Position numbers and translations under genes: made by a program. From Hyalangium minutum (lineage in GTDB: Bacteria > Myxococcota > Myxococcia > Myxococcales > Myxococcaceae): a stretch of DNA of 64,000 bases. Positions 8,904 to 18,927 of this stretch are shown here, piece by piece. Location of the stretch: positions 62,001 through 126,000 of the forward strand of contig NZ_JMCB01000010.1 in the NCBI RefSeq assembly GCF_000737315.1. The letters run 5' to 3'. Position 1 is the stretch's first letter; each line of letters opens with the position of its first letter. The notes under the pieces are model-generated. The model saw nothing but the letters and a program-made list of their open reading frames with translations. It did no database searches and was not told the origin of the DNA.

Positions 8904-9866
8904 CTACTCAAGCCGCCTGGCGCGCTCCAACTCCGCTGCAATCCAGTCTCGGTGGAAGTAAGTGCTCACAAACGTGGCCTCCTCCCCCAAAGCGGCCGTT
9001 GAAATTCCACCGAGGCGAGACTTGCCCTCATGAACAACGAGAACGGGCCCACCGCTATCGCCTTTGAAGAGCCCTCGGTCCGGTTGTTCGAACACGAACT
9101 GCCCCGGCTCTGAAGACAGAACTCGTACGGCCTTGAAGGCCTTGAATCGCCGTTGTCCTTCGAGGCCGCCCAGGACTTCGTCATAGCCGTAACTGACGAC
9201 GACGACGATTTCACCCTCCTTGGCTTCAACCTCCGCCAGACGCGGGACGTCCGTCCCCTCGACTCGCTGGCTCAGGACCACCGTCGCCAGATCGGCCTCG
9301 CTCGACACGACCTTGCCTTGGCTGTCCACCACGACCTGGAGCTTCGGATGAGGCCGGACATCGCCCCTGACTAGCTGCGTCCGGGTGGTCAGGACAGCAC
9401 CGCGCTGGCCTGCACTCTTCTCATAGTTGACGACGACCACCGCCGCTTTCTCGCTACACGCAGAACCATCGATGACAAAGCGTGCCTCTGAATCTGGGGT
9501 AACACCCTTGCGCCGGACACATACGCAATGCCCTGCCGTCAGCACGAGATTGGGGCTGATGAGCACACCGCTGCATTCCCCCTGCACTCCTGCCTCCATG
9601 GGTGCACGGGTCTTGACCATGACGGCAAACGGATAGCGGTTGCTGTCATCCTTTTCGCCGGCCAGCTGAAACAGCCGCGTATCCACCGGCCGACTCCACC
9701 CCAGCTCGCTGGCGGGGAGGCCACCGTCCTCCTCCGAACCTCCGTCCAGGTTAGCGCCCGGACGGGTCCCTTGGACAGAAGCCGGAGGCGGTGAGCACCG
9801 GCCGCATCCTGCCGCCAACCCCCAGAGCCCCAGGAGCACGGCGGCCAGTCTGCGAGAGCACCGCAT
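8904..9866 (-). CDS. Trypsin-like (S1) serine protease, lipoprotein
   Basis: Lipobox LAAGC; CSGVLISPNLVLTAGHC (His), ADLA (Asp), GDSGGP (Ser). Confidence 0.92.
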   Translation of the reverse strand: MRCSRRLAAVLLGLWGLAAGCGRCSPPPASVQGTRPGANLDGGSEEDGGLPASELGWSRPVDTRLFQLAGEKDDSNRYPFAVMVKTRAPMEAGVQGECSGVLISPNLVLTAGHCVCVRRKGVTPDSEARFVIDGSACSEKAAVVVVNYEKSAGQRGAVLTTRTQLVRGDVRPHPKLQVVVDSQGKVVSSEADLATVVLSQRVEGTDVPRLAEVEAKEGEIVVVVSYGYDEVLGGLEGQRRFKAFKAVRVLSSEPGQFVFEQPDRGLFKGDSGGPVLVVHEGKSRLGGISTAALGEEATFVSTYFHRDWIAAELERARRLE

Positions 9867-9869
9867 GTC

Positions 9870-10502
9870 TCAGCGCGCGTGGACGCGCAGCTCGACATGG
9901 CCCAGCGTGGAGGCCAGCCGCAGCGTCACGTACGAGACATTCTCGGGGATGATGGGCGTGCCGTCCTGCTTCACCTTCGGGAAGCGCACGCGGTAGGCCA
10001 CCCAGAACACCCCCAGGTAGGGGTACATGGCCCGCATGTCCAGGTTGGACCGGCCAATGCGCTCCACGCTCAGCGGCTCCACCTCTCCCTGCGGCGTCAC
10101 CATGACGACGCGCCAGATGGAGCGCTTGCGGTCGGCGAAGTCCTCGAAGCGGTGATCGTTGAGGTGCACCCCGAGGTGGAACTCGTTGAACTGCGCCTCC
10201 TCGGTGTGCTCCTTGGCCAGCATCTCCTCCACCCGAGGCTTCGGGAGGATCTGGAACTGGCTCTGCCGCCGCACCCGCGCCTCGCGGAACTCCAGCGACT
10301 GGAACGTGGCCCCGGCGAACAGGCGCGTGTCGAAGCCGTCGTAGATCTCCGCCCGATCCGAGTACTTCGCGAGGAGTTCCTGGTACGCCTGCTCGGCCCG
10401 GCGGTCGTTCAGCTGCGGTGCCGAATCGCCAATGGTGGGAGGAGTGGTGGTGCAGCCGGAGAGCAGCCCCAGCAGTGCCGCGACGCGGAGGCCCTTCTTC
10501 AC
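9870..10502 (-). CDS. Hypothetical lipoprotein (210 aa)
   Basis: GTG 10502 overlaps the pyrE stop (GTGA); MKKGLRVAALLGLLSGC lipobox. Confidence 0.8.
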   Translation of the reverse strand: MKKGLRVAALLGLLSGCTTTPPTIGDSAPQLNDRRAEQAYQELLAKYSDRAEIYDGFDTRLFAGATFQSLEFREARVRRQSQFQILPKPRVEEMLAKEHTEEAQFNEFHLGVHLNDHRFEDFADRKRSIWRVVMVTPQGEVEPLSVERIGRSNLDMRAMYPYLGVFWVAYRVRFPKVKQDGTPIIPENVSYVTLRLASTLGHVELRVHAR

Positions 10503-11065
10503 GGGATGAAGTCCTTGCGGTTGAAGAGCGTAAAGAGCCGGTGGCCCGAGGCCTCGACAGCCTCGCGTCCACCCTCGAGCCGGTCCACCAGCGCGAACGC
10601 CCCGAGCACCTTCAGGCCCTCGGAGTGCGCCCGCTCGATGGCCTTGAGCGTGGAGGCGCCCGTGGTCACCACGTCCTCCACAATCGCCACTGGCGCGTGC
10701 TGCCCCAGCGCGGCCAGGCCCTCGATCCACTGGCCCGTGCCGTGGCCCTTGGGCTCCTTGCGGACGATGAAGGCCTCCAGCGGCGTGCCCGCCAGGTAGC
10801 TCGTGAGGCTCACCGCCGAGGCGATGGGATCAGCGCCCAGCGTCAGCCCGCCCACGCCCACGGCGAGCGGAGCCTCGCGGGTGATGACGTCCAGCAGCAG
10901 GCGGCCAATGAGGAAGTGTCCCTCGGCCAGCAGCGCCGTGCGCTTGCAGTCGATGTAGAAGTCCGACTCCTTGCCGGAGGAGAGCACCACCTTGCGCCGC
11001 TCGAAGGAGCGCTCGGTGAGCAGCTCCAAGAGCCGCTGCCGGTCCCGAGCGAGCGCGCTGTTCAT
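10499..11065 (-). CDS. pyrE: Orotate phosphoribosyltransferase
   Basis: LSSGKESDFYIDCK, VRKEPKGHGT, PRPP-binding IVEDVVTTGAS. Confidence 0.96.
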   Translation of the reverse strand: MNSALARDRQRLLELLTERSFERRKVVLSSGKESDFYIDCKRTALLAEGHFLIGRLLLDVITREAPLAVGVGGLTLGADPIASAVSLTSYLAGTPLEAFIVRKEPKGHGTGQWIEGLAALGQHAPVAIVEDVVTTGASTLKAIERAHSEGLKVLGAFALVDRLEGGREAVEASGHRLFTLFNRKDFIP

Positions 11066-11971
11066 CTAGAGTCCCTCCAGGTAGGCCACCAGCTCCGCCG
11101 AGTACCGCAGCTGCATCAGCAGCTCCGCCCGGCGCGACTCATCCAGGGACGCGAACACGTCCGCTAGCAGCGACAGATCCTGGTTCAGCGCGCCCAGCCG
11201 CTGCGCCGCGTCCGCCGCCAGCTCGTCCGCATCCACTTCTTCCTCGGTGGACTCGGGGGCCAGCGCGTCGTCCGTCGCCAGCGCCTTCTCCAGCATGTCT
11301 CGGATGGGAGCCGTCAGGCGGCCCTCGGCCTCGAGCTGCTCGCGGCGGGCCTCCAGTTCCTCGCGGTCCACGGGGCTGGCGTGGATGGCCGCCGCCAGCG
11401 CCAGCAGCAGCGAGTCCTCGTCCGAGATGCCCCGGTGCACGCGCGCCTGCACCTTGTCCCGCTTCAGGAAGCGCAGCGCCGCCACACGGCGGAATCCGCA
11501 GAGGATTTGGTAGCGGTCCTCGCCCACGGGGCGCACGTCCACCGGGAAGAGCTGCCCCAGGCGCGCGATGTCCGTGGCCAGCGGGGTGATTTCCCCCTCC
11601 GGACGCATCCGGAAGGTGGAGTCCCCAAGCACTTGATCCAGGGGAAGCGTGGTCAAGCTCACCTCGCCCATCAGGCGTGGGGTGAACTCGGGGATGGTCT
11701 CGGAGGGCTCCGTCTCATCCTCTTCGCCCTCACCCTCCTCGCCCTCACCCTCTTCGTCCTGGGCTTGCTCGCCCTCGGCCGCACTCGCGGACGCTGGAGG
11801 CGCCTCCGGCACGGGCTCACCCATGCCCAGCAGGATGGGCTGCCCCGGGGACTGCTCGGTATGAGGCTCGGGGCTCGAAGGCACGCCTTCGCCCTGAGCC
11901 GGCGCTGGGGACGACTCTCCCTGCGCGTCCGGCATCCCGTCCTCTCCGTCGACCCTATTCTCGGCGTCCAT
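11066..11971 (-). CDS. padC: ParB/Srx-like adaptor PadC
   Basis: Probable start ATG 11971. Acidic disordered N-terminus, ParB-like core ([13 protein letters not shown]), directly downstream of three bactofilin genes as in M. xanthus. Confidence 0.85.
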   Translation of the reverse strand: MDAENRVDGEDGMPDAQGESSPAPAQGEGVPSSPEPHTEQSPGQPILLGMGEPVPEAPPASASAAEGEQAQDEEGEGEEGEGEEDETEPSETIPEFTPRLMGEVSLTTLPLDQVLGDSTFRMRPEGEITPLATDIARLGQLFPVDVRPVGEDRYQILCGFRRVAALRFLKRDKVQARVHRGISDEDSLLLALAAAIHASPVDREELEARREQLEAEGRLTAPIRDMLEKALATDDALAPESTEEEVDADELAADAAQRLGALNQDLSLLADVFASLDESRRAELLMQLRYSAELVAYLEGL

Positions 11972-12038
11972 CGGCACCCCTGGCTCGGTCAGGCACTGGA
12001 CCGCGCATATCACCAGCGCGGCCCAGCGAGAGCCCGTT

Positions 12039-12689
12039 CTAGCGGGCCTTCTTCTTCACCACGACCTTCTTCTTTGCTCCAGCCCCTACCACCGGAGGAA
12101 CCGGGGCGGCGGGCTCTCCCTTGGCCGGCGTCCCAGCAGGCCCCCCGGCGGCGGCACCGGCGGGCGGAGGCGGGGGCGGCGGCACGGGCTTGGCAGCCGG
12201 CCGGGCGGCAGGAGGCGGCGGCGGCACCGGACGGCCCCGAGTCGCGACGGGAGCCGTGGGGCGCGCGGGCACCGAGGGAGCCGGGCGAACCGTGGGCCGG
12301 GTGATCGTCGGGCGCGCGGTGGTCGGAACCCGTCCAGGCTCCACCTCGCCCATGTCCACGCGACCGCGGAAGCTGGCGCCATCCACGATGATGACGCGGG
12401 GGGCGCGAATGTCGCCCACCATGCGGCCCTCGCGGGTCAGCTCCACGCTCTCGGTGGCGTTGATGTTGCCCACCACCACGCCGCTGACGATGGCGTTCTT
12501 CACCGCCACGTTCGCCTTCACCACGCCCGTGGTCTCCACGATGAGGGTCTTGCTGAGCGTCAGTTCACCCTCGACGCGGCCCCGGACCGTGAGGTCCTCA
12601 TCGCCCGTCAGCTTGCCGCTGATGAGGATGGAGGGCCCCACCACCGTGTTGTTCCCGGCCGAGCCGGTAACGTCCTTAGCGATGGCCAC
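12039..12689 (-). CDS. bacP: Bactofilin with a Pro-rich C-terminal tail (BacP)
   Basis: Bactofilin beta-helix ([27 protein letters not shown]), about 100-aa Pro/Ala tail ending [11 protein letters not shown]. Confidence 0.9.
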   Translation of the reverse strand: MAIAKDVTGSAGNNTVVGPSILISGKLTGDEDLTVRGRVEGELTLSKTLIVETTGVVKANVAVKNAIVSGVVVGNINATESVELTREGRMVGDIRAPRVIIVDGASFRGRVDMGEVEPGRVPTTARPTITRPTVRPAPSVPARPTAPVATRGRPVPPPPPAARPAAKPVPPPPPPPAGAAAGGPAGTPAKGEPAAPVPPVVGAGAKKKVVVKKKAR

Positions 12690-12692
12690 CGG

Positions 12693-13016
12693 TCAGCGCT
12701 CCTTCTGATCCATGTCGACGTTGCCCTTGAAGGACGCGCCGTCGGCAATGAGGATGCGCGGAGCCTTGATGTCGCCCACCACGCGGCAGTCCTGCTTGAG
12801 CTCGACCTTGTCGCTGGCGACGATGTTGCCCGTCACCCGGCCGGCGATCTCCACGTTCTGCGTCTCGATGTCCGCCTCGACGACGCCGCTGCCCTCTACG
12901 AAGAGGCTCTCCTTGAGGGAGATCTTCCCCTTCACCGTTCCCTGGATGACCAGATCCTCGTCACCGGAGATCTCCCCGTCGATGACGATGCTCGAACCAA
13001 TGACCGTGTTCGCCAT
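12693..13016 (-). CDS. bacO: Bactofilin BacO
   Basis: TVIGSSIVIDGEISGDEDLVIQGTVKG; middle gene of the bactofilin trio. Confidence 0.9.
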   Translation of the reverse strand: MANTVIGSSIVIDGEISGDEDLVIQGTVKGKISLKESLFVEGSGVVEADIETQNVEIAGRVTGNIVASDKVELKQDCRVVGDIKAPRILIADGASFKGNVDMDQKER

Positions 13017-13073
13017 GAGTGTTGCACCCCTCCGAAGGGTTGTGCTGCGAAGTCCCTGTTCGCCAGGGGCTCG

Positions 13074-13415
13074 TTAGATGTCGTCCGGCAGCTTCACTTC
13101 CATCTCGATGGAGCCGTTGAACACGGCACCGTCCTCGATGACGACGCGCGGAGCTTTGATGTCGCCGGCCACCTTGGCCGAGGCGTTGATGGAGACACGC
13201 GCTGACGCGTCGATGTTGCCGCTGGCCTCGCCATTGATGGTCAGCTCCTCGGCGCGGATGTCCGCCTGGACCTTGCCAGTGCTCTCGATGGTGAGGTGGT
13301 TCTTCAAGGCGATCTGCCCCTCCACCCGCCCCTCGATGACGAGATCGCCGCCGCCGGTGAGGCTGCCCCTGATGACGATGCCCTTGCCGATGATGCCCGT
13401 TTCGCTCTGTGCCAT
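13074..13415 (-). CDS. bacN: Bactofilin BacN
   Basis: Start ATG 13415 (MAQSETGIIGKGIVIRG); bactofilin repeats; first gene of the trio. Confidence 0.88.
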   Translation of the reverse strand: MAQSETGIIGKGIVIRGSLTGGGDLVIEGRVEGQIALKNHLTIESTGKVQADIRAEELTINGEASGNIDASARVSINASAKVAGDIKAPRVVIEDGAVFNGSIEMEVKLPDDI

Positions 13416-13468
13416 GCGGTGACCCTCGGAAACCGCCAATCGCGGAGAAGACCGCGGTGCTGATTATG

Positions 13469-14308
13469 TCAGAGATGCGCCGAGATCCAGCCGGAGATAT
13501 CCCGGAAGACTTCCTCGCGCCCCACCTCGTTGAGAGGCTCGTGCAACATGCCGGGATACTCCTTGAACTTCTTGTCCGAGGAGCCCACGGTCTCGAAGAA
13601 GGACCTGGCCGCCGCCGGAGCGGCCACCCCGTCGTGGGATCCGCAGAAGATGAAAATGGGTGCTGTCACCCGAACGGCCTCGGCCAGCGCCTCCGTCTGA
13701 GCCTGGGTGGACTCGATGAACCAGCGCGGGGTGACGGTGCGGATGTAGAGCGGATCCTCGGAGGTGGCCTTCACGATGGCCGGATCCCGCGAGAGGTGCT
13801 CGGGCTTGAGCTCGTTGGGGATGGGCAGCCACGGAATCACCTTGCCGGCCAGCTTCGCCGCCATGAGCTTCGCGGTGGGAGGAACGATGGCCAGTTTGAG
13901 GTAGGGGGCTGACAGCACCAGGCCCGCCGCGCCCTCCAGGCCGCCCTTCTCCGCCAGCCGCGCCGCCATGAGCCCGCCGTGGCTGTGCCCGAGCAGGAAC
14001 GCCTTCTGGCCGCCCGCGGCCTTGCGCACCCGCTCCCAGAAGAGGGCCATGTCGTCCAGGTAGTCCGGCCACTTGTCGCAGAAGCCCCGCCGCCCATCCG
14101 CGCGGCCGTGGCCCCGGTAGTCGAAGCCGTGGACGGCGAAGCCGTCAGCCACCAGCGCGTCGATGACGGGGCGGTAACGGCCAATGTGGTCCGCATAGCC
14201 GTGCGCCACCGCGACGTGCGCGCGGGGAGGCGTGTCCGGCAGATCCAACGTCCAGAACAGCCGGAGGTGGTCCTTCGCGGTGAAGAAGCCCTCGTCGTGG
14301 CGCGCCAT
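13469..14308 (-). CDS. agmH: Lysophospholipase-like alpha/beta hydrolase (AgmH by synteny)
   Basis: Start ATG 14308; HGYADH, GFDYRGHG, GHSHG nucleophile elbow, HEPLNE. Position upstream of bacNOP matches my recollection of M. xanthus agmH. Confidence 0.82.
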   Translation of the reverse strand: MARHDEGFFTAKDHLRLFWTLDLPDTPPRAHVAVAHGYADHIGRYRPVIDALVADGFAVHGFDYRGHGRADGRRGFCDKWPDYLDDMALFWERVRKAAGGQKAFLLGHSHGGLMAARLAEKGGLEGAAGLVLSAPYLKLAIVPPTAKLMAAKLAGKVIPWLPIPNELKPEHLSRDPAIVKATSEDPLYIRTVTPRWFIESTQAQTEALAEAVRVTAPIFIFCGSHDGVAAPAAARSFFETVGSSDKKFKEYPGMLHEPLNEVGREEVFRDISGWISAHL

Positions 14309-14322
14309 AGCGAGCCAGGAAC

Positions 14323-16206
14323 TTAGCGGCCCGCAGGCTCCGTGGACAGTTTCTTCAGCTTCCGCTCCAGCTGCAGGCGCTGGGTGGGGGGATCGGCCGC
14401 CTCCGGGTCCGCCACCAGCACCTCGACGGCGCGGCGCCAGGCGGAGGCCGCGTCCTCGGGGCGGGAGACCTCCCGGTAGGCATCTCCCAGGTGTTCCAGG
14501 ATGACGGGCTCGTCGGGTTCGAGCAGCGAGGCGCGCTCCAGGGCCTCTACGGCACGCTGGTACTCCCCTCGCTGGAAGTAGACCCACCCGAGCGAGTCCA
14601 GGAAGGCCCCGGTATCCGGCCGCAGCTCCAGCGCGCGGAGCACGAGGCGCTCGGCCTCGGGGAGGTCCTTGCGCCGCTGAGCCAGCAGGTAGCCCGCGAA
14701 GTTCATGGCGGCGGCATGGTCCCCCTTGAGGGCCAGCACCGCGCGCATCTGCGCGAGCGCCGAGTCCGAGTCCCCCTGCTGCTCGTAGGCGGCACCCAGC
14801 GTATAGAGGAGAGTCTCGTCCCGAGGCTGGCGAGAGCTGGCCTCGCGCAGAATCGTCAGGCCCTCCACTCCCCGGCCGCTGCGGTGGAGGGTGGCGGCCA
14901 GCGCCTCGTACAGATCGGACGAGGGGGTGCGCGCCAGTGCTTCCTTGAGGGTGGCCACGGCCCGCTCTCTTGCCCCGTTGCGCTCGAGCGCCCGGGCGTA
15001 CTGCACGCGAAGGCTCGCATCGTCGGCCTTGTCGGCCAAGGCGGCCTCGTAGAGCGCGAGCGCCTTGGCGTGCTGGCCGGACCGGGACAGGCACGCGGCG
15101 AGGCGCACGCGCACCTCCTCGAACAGCTCGGAGGACTCGGGCACCTCGGCATAGGCGGTGGCGGCGGCGGCGAAGTTGCGGCGGCGCTCGTGCACCAGCC
15201 CGGCGTAATAGGAGATGCGGGGCTCATTGGAGCGCCCTGCCCTCCGAGCCATGTCCAGCACCTCGGCCGCGGCGGACGTCTCCCGCGAGGCCAGGAACGC
15301 GAAGGCCACCCGGACCGTCAGCTCGGGATCATCCGTCAGCGACAGGAGCCGGTCGAAGTACGCGCGGGCCCGCGTGGCGGAGCCCAGCTTGAGGGCAATG
15401 CGCCCCGCTGACAGCAGCACCTCACGGTTGTCGGGATCGTGCTCCAGCGCTTGCGCCAGGGACTCCTCGGCATCGGCGGCACGCCCCGCGGCCTCGTACA
15501 GCCGGGCCAGCGCCACGCGCACGTCCACGTCTCCAGGGTCCCGCTCCACGGCGCGTTCGAGCAGCTTCTGCGCCCGGGCCTTGTCCCCACGCTCGGCCAG
15601 GGCCAGCCCCAGGCGGCGGTAGCCGGAGGCCTCGCCTGGAAGCGCCGTGGCCAGTTCCTCGACGACCTTCACGGCGTCGTCCGACTGCCGCTGCTCCAGG
15701 TGGAGCTGGGCGAGGACGAGGTACGCCTCGGGCTCGCGCGGCTTCAGGGTGATCGCGCGGCGCAGATGCATCTTGGCGCGGGGGTACTTGCCGGCCTCCA
15801 GCAGCACGCGCCCCATCATCACGTGCGCCGGGTAGTACGGAGGCGAGGCCTCCACGGCCTTGCGCAGCTCGGCCTCGGCCTTGGCGAGGTCTCCCAGCCG
15901 GGCGTACTCCTCGCCGAGCTGGGTGAGCAGGTACGGGTTGCCCTCATCCGTGGCGATCGCCAGCCGCAGCTCGTCCACGGCGGCACGGTGGTTCCCGGCA
16001 TGGTGGTAGCGCCGGGAGACGAGGAAATGCGCGTAGCTGGCGGGAGAGGCGAAGTCTTCGCTCTCTCCGCTGGAGTCGATGGCCTCGCGCATGGCCTCGC
16101 GGTCCACCTTTGGGCGCTTCGGTGGCGCGGCGGCCACTGGCAAGGCCACGAGGAGGAGCAGCGGGACAGCTCGGATGGCACGGAGGGAGCGCACGCCAGG
16201 GTTCAT
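14323..16206 (-). CDS. Exported multi-TPR protein
   Basis: Signal peptide, many TPR motifs, C-terminal AAMNFAGY...AFLDSLGWVYFQRG. True start may be GTG 16194. Confidence 0.88.
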   Translation of the reverse strand: MNPGVRSLRAIRAVPLLLLVALPVAAAPPKRPKVDREAMREAIDSSGESEDFASPASYAHFLVSRRYHHAGNHRAAVDELRLAIATDEGNPYLLTQLGEEYARLGDLAKAEAELRKAVEASPPYYPAHVMMGRVLLEAGKYPRAKMHLRRAITLKPREPEAYLVLAQLHLEQRQSDDAVKVVEELATALPGEASGYRRLGLALAERGDKARAQKLLERAVERDPGDVDVRVALARLYEAAGRAADAEESLAQALEHDPDNREVLLSAGRIALKLGSATRARAYFDRLLSLTDDPELTVRVAFAFLASRETSAAAEVLDMARRAGRSNEPRISYYAGLVHERRRNFAAAATAYAEVPESSELFEEVRVRLAACLSRSGQHAKALALYEAALADKADDASLRVQYARALERNGARERAVATLKEALARTPSSDLYEALAATLHRSGRGVEGLTILREASSRQPRDETLLYTLGAAYEQQGDSDSALAQMRAVLALKGDHAAAMNFAGYLLAQRRKDLPEAERLVLRALELRPDTGAFLDSLGWVYFQRGEYQRAVEALERASLLEPDEPVILEHLGDAYREVSRPEDAASAWRRAVEVLVADPEAADPPTQRLQLERKLKKLSTEPAGR

Positions 16207-16237
16207 TCTAGCGCGCGTCCGTCCGCGGCGCAGGTTG

Positions 16238-18742
16238 CTAGCTCAGGATACCGATGGGAGCCCCGAGCTTGTCGAGGATGCGGTCCACCGGGTCGCTGTC
16301 CTGGCTCACGTCGGCGACCGCCTGCTGGTAGGCGACGCCCGTCACGTTCTGCAGGTCCGGCAGCAGGCGCTGGAAGACGGCGCGCGCACCCGCCACATCG
16401 CACTCGGGGAGCATGATGGCGAACACGCCGGCGCCCATGTGGGCCACGGCATCCGGGGTCCGCAGCTGCTTGCGCAGCACATCGTTCGAGCCCTTGGGCA
16501 TGTCGGGCAGCGGACGCTCCGGCCGCAGCACGGCCACGCACATGGGCCGGTGGTAGCGGCGGCTCTTGGACACCTCCACCTCCAGCTTCACCAGCAGGCC
16601 GCGCTTGTCGTACACGTTGGTGCCCGGATCGCCGCTGGCGCGCAACGCCACCGAGGCTGCCCGGTCGCCCTCCGAAGAGGAGGCCGACGGAGCCTTGAGA
16701 GCGCGCTCGGTGCGATTGAGCAGCTCCATCGCATTGAAGGGCTTGCTCATGTAGTCCACGGCGCCCAGGTTGAGCGCGCGGACCTTCTCGGCCACGCCCT
16801 GGTGCGCGGACAGGAGGATGACGGGGATGTGCGCCGTGTCCGTGGAGGACTTGAGCGCCACCGTGGCCTCCAGGCCGTCCAGCTTGGGCAGGAACACGTC
16901 CATCACCACGAGGTCCGGCCGCATGTTGCGCGCCTTGGCCACGCCCTCCTGGCCGTCGCGGGCTACCTCCACGCGGTAGCGCGAGCGCAGCACCTCGGCG
17001 AGCACCGCGGCGATCTCCGCCTCGTCCTCCACCACCAGCACGCGGGCCTGCTGCGGCTCGGTCACCACAGGGGCCTGGCTCTTGCGCAGCGCCTCCTGGG
17101 CCATGGGCAGGGTGAACACGAAGACGCCGCCGCTTTCGGGCGGGCTCTCCGCCCAGATCTCGCCACCGTGCAGCTCCACGAACTCCTTGCAGATGGCCAG
17201 CCCCAGCCCGGTGCCCTTCGGCCCGTGGCGGTAGCGGTCAAACACGAGGTGCAGCTCGTCCGGAGGGATGCCCGGCCCGTCGTCCTGCACGGTGATCTTC
17301 ACCGCGTCGCCATCCGGCCGCGTCAACCGCACGGCACGCACCACCACATTGCCGTTGTCACGCGCGTGGTGGATGGCGTTGGTGATGAGGTTCTGCAGAA
17401 CCTCATGCAGCTTCACCTCGTCGCCGATGAGCATCAGGCTCTCGGAGGTCTCCGAGCGCAGGGTGATGCCGCGCTGCGCGGCGAGGATGTTCAGCTCGGT
17501 GACGCTCTCCTTGCACAGCACGGAGACGTCCAGCTTGCGCGGCTCGATGGACAACCGGGCCGCCTCGCCCTTGCCCTTCTCCAGCAGCGACTCGACCAGG
17601 CCGAGGATCTTCTTGCCCTGGCGGATCATCGCCTCGACGGACTGCTTCTGGTCCGCCGCCAGCGCGCCATCCAGCAGCAGCCGCCCATGGCCCAGCAGCA
17701 CCTGCAGCGGCGCGCGCAAGTCATGACTGCACACCGCGATGATCTCGTCCTTGAGCCGGTTGAGCTCCTTGAGACGTCGGTTGGCGTCCGACAGCTCGCG
17801 GTAGCGCTCCACGTACGCGAGCTCCAGGTCCTCGCGCTTGCGCTTCACCGCCGTGTGCAGGCGCGCGTTGCGGATGGAGTTGGCCAGCACGCCAGCCACC
17901 GCCTGAGCGAAAGCCTGCTCATCGCGCCCGAACGTGGTGCCCGCGCGCGAGTGCCGCAGGAAGAGCGCGCCCAGCAGCTCGTCCTGGCACACCAGCGGCT
18001 GCACCAGCACCGAGTGCACGCCCACCGCGACAATGTTGGGCCGCACCTCGGCCATCAGCGGATCATTCTCCGCGCGCTCGATGAGGACCGGCTGGCGCGT
18101 CTCCAGGGCGCGGCGCAGCTCGGGGTAGCGGGCGATCTCGATCTCCAGATGGACCAGCGAGGGATCCTCCTGCGTGGCCACCACGGTGCCAGTGCGAGCG
18201 TGCGCGCCCTCCACCAGCACCACCGAGCACCGGTCCGAGCCGGTGACGCGGCCCACCTTGTCCACGGCGATCCGGAGGATGGCCTCGAGCTCCAGCGAGC
18301 TGGTGGCCGCCTCGGTGATCTCCAGGAGCATGCCCATGCGCAGGCGGGTGCGCTCCTCGGTCTCACGCAGGCGGCCCGCGCGAAGGGCGGCCTCCAGGCG
18401 AGGCACCATCTCCTCGGCTCCGCGGATGACGCCGTCCACGGCGAGCTTCTTCAGGGCTTCGGCCGAGCGCACGCGCGTGGCATCCGCCACCACCGGCACG
18501 TTGCGCAGGTGGGCGATACCGCGCAGGCCTTCGAGCGTCTCCGCCACGCGCTTGGCGGCGGTGGCCAACAGGATGACCTCGGGCTGTAAGCTGCTGGTGG
18601 CCTGGGGGACGCCCTCGACGTCCTCCGCGACGGCACACTCGAAGCCATTGTCCGTGAGGCGCGAGGCCAGCGACTCGCTGGCGGTCCGTGCTCCGATCAC
18701 CAGGACACGGCCGCGCTGCTCCGGCGATACGGGGACTCTCAA
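16238..18742 (-). CDS. sgmT: Hybrid histidine kinase: pseudo-receiver, GAF, HisKA/HATPase, receiver, degenerate GGDEF (SgmT)
   Basis: SHDLRAPL H-box, N/G boxes, receiver DLVVMD...KPF, C-terminal RTPD I-site five residues before GAGVF. Architecture and locus match SgmT. Confidence 0.85.
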   Translation of the reverse strand: MRVPVSPEQRGRVLVIGARTASESLASRLTDNGFECAVAEDVEGVPQATSSLQPEVILLATAAKRVAETLEGLRGIAHLRNVPVVADATRVRSAEALKKLAVDGVIRGAEEMVPRLEAALRAGRLRETEERTRLRMGMLLEITEAATSSLELEAILRIAVDKVGRVTGSDRCSVVLVEGAHARTGTVVATQEDPSLVHLEIEIARYPELRRALETRQPVLIERAENDPLMAEVRPNIVAVGVHSVLVQPLVCQDELLGALFLRHSRAGTTFGRDEQAFAQAVAGVLANSIRNARLHTAVKRKREDLELAYVERYRELSDANRRLKELNRLKDEIIAVCSHDLRAPLQVLLGHGRLLLDGALAADQKQSVEAMIRQGKKILGLVESLLEKGKGEAARLSIEPRKLDVSVLCKESVTELNILAAQRGITLRSETSESLMLIGDEVKLHEVLQNLITNAIHHARDNGNVVVRAVRLTRPDGDAVKITVQDDGPGIPPDELHLVFDRYRHGPKGTGLGLAICKEFVELHGGEIWAESPPESGGVFVFTLPMAQEALRKSQAPVVTEPQQARVLVVEDEAEIAAVLAEVLRSRYRVEVARDGQEGVAKARNMRPDLVVMDVFLPKLDGLEATVALKSSTDTAHIPVILLSAHQGVAEKVRALNLGAVDYMSKPFNAMELLNRTERALKAPSASSSEGDRAASVALRASGDPGTNVYDKRGLLVKLEVEVSKSRRYHRPMCVAVLRPERPLPDMPKGSNDVLRKQLRTPDAVAHMGAGVFAIMLPECDVAGARAVFQRLLPDLQNVTGVAYQQAVADVSQDSDPVDRILDKLGAPIGILS

Positions 18743-18891
18743 GGTGATCCTCGACAGACCGGGGATGCAGCCCCGGAGGTGAATGGACTCATGCCCTGGC
18801 AGACGTGAGCCGTCGTGTTGGTGATCCGAATCATGCCGTTGAACCCATTCAATGGACTAGCGGACCTCTTGCTGCGCCTGGCCGTGGAAAA

Positions 18892-18919
18892 TTGAGAGGG
18901 TAGGCGCGCAGCGTATACT
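18892..18919 (+). promoter_or_regulatory. Sigma70-type promoter TTGAGA-N16-TATACT for the OmpA gene
   Basis: Near-consensus hexamers; GTG start 8 nt after the -10 box. Confidence 0.6.
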
Positions 18920-18927
18920 CGGCCGCT

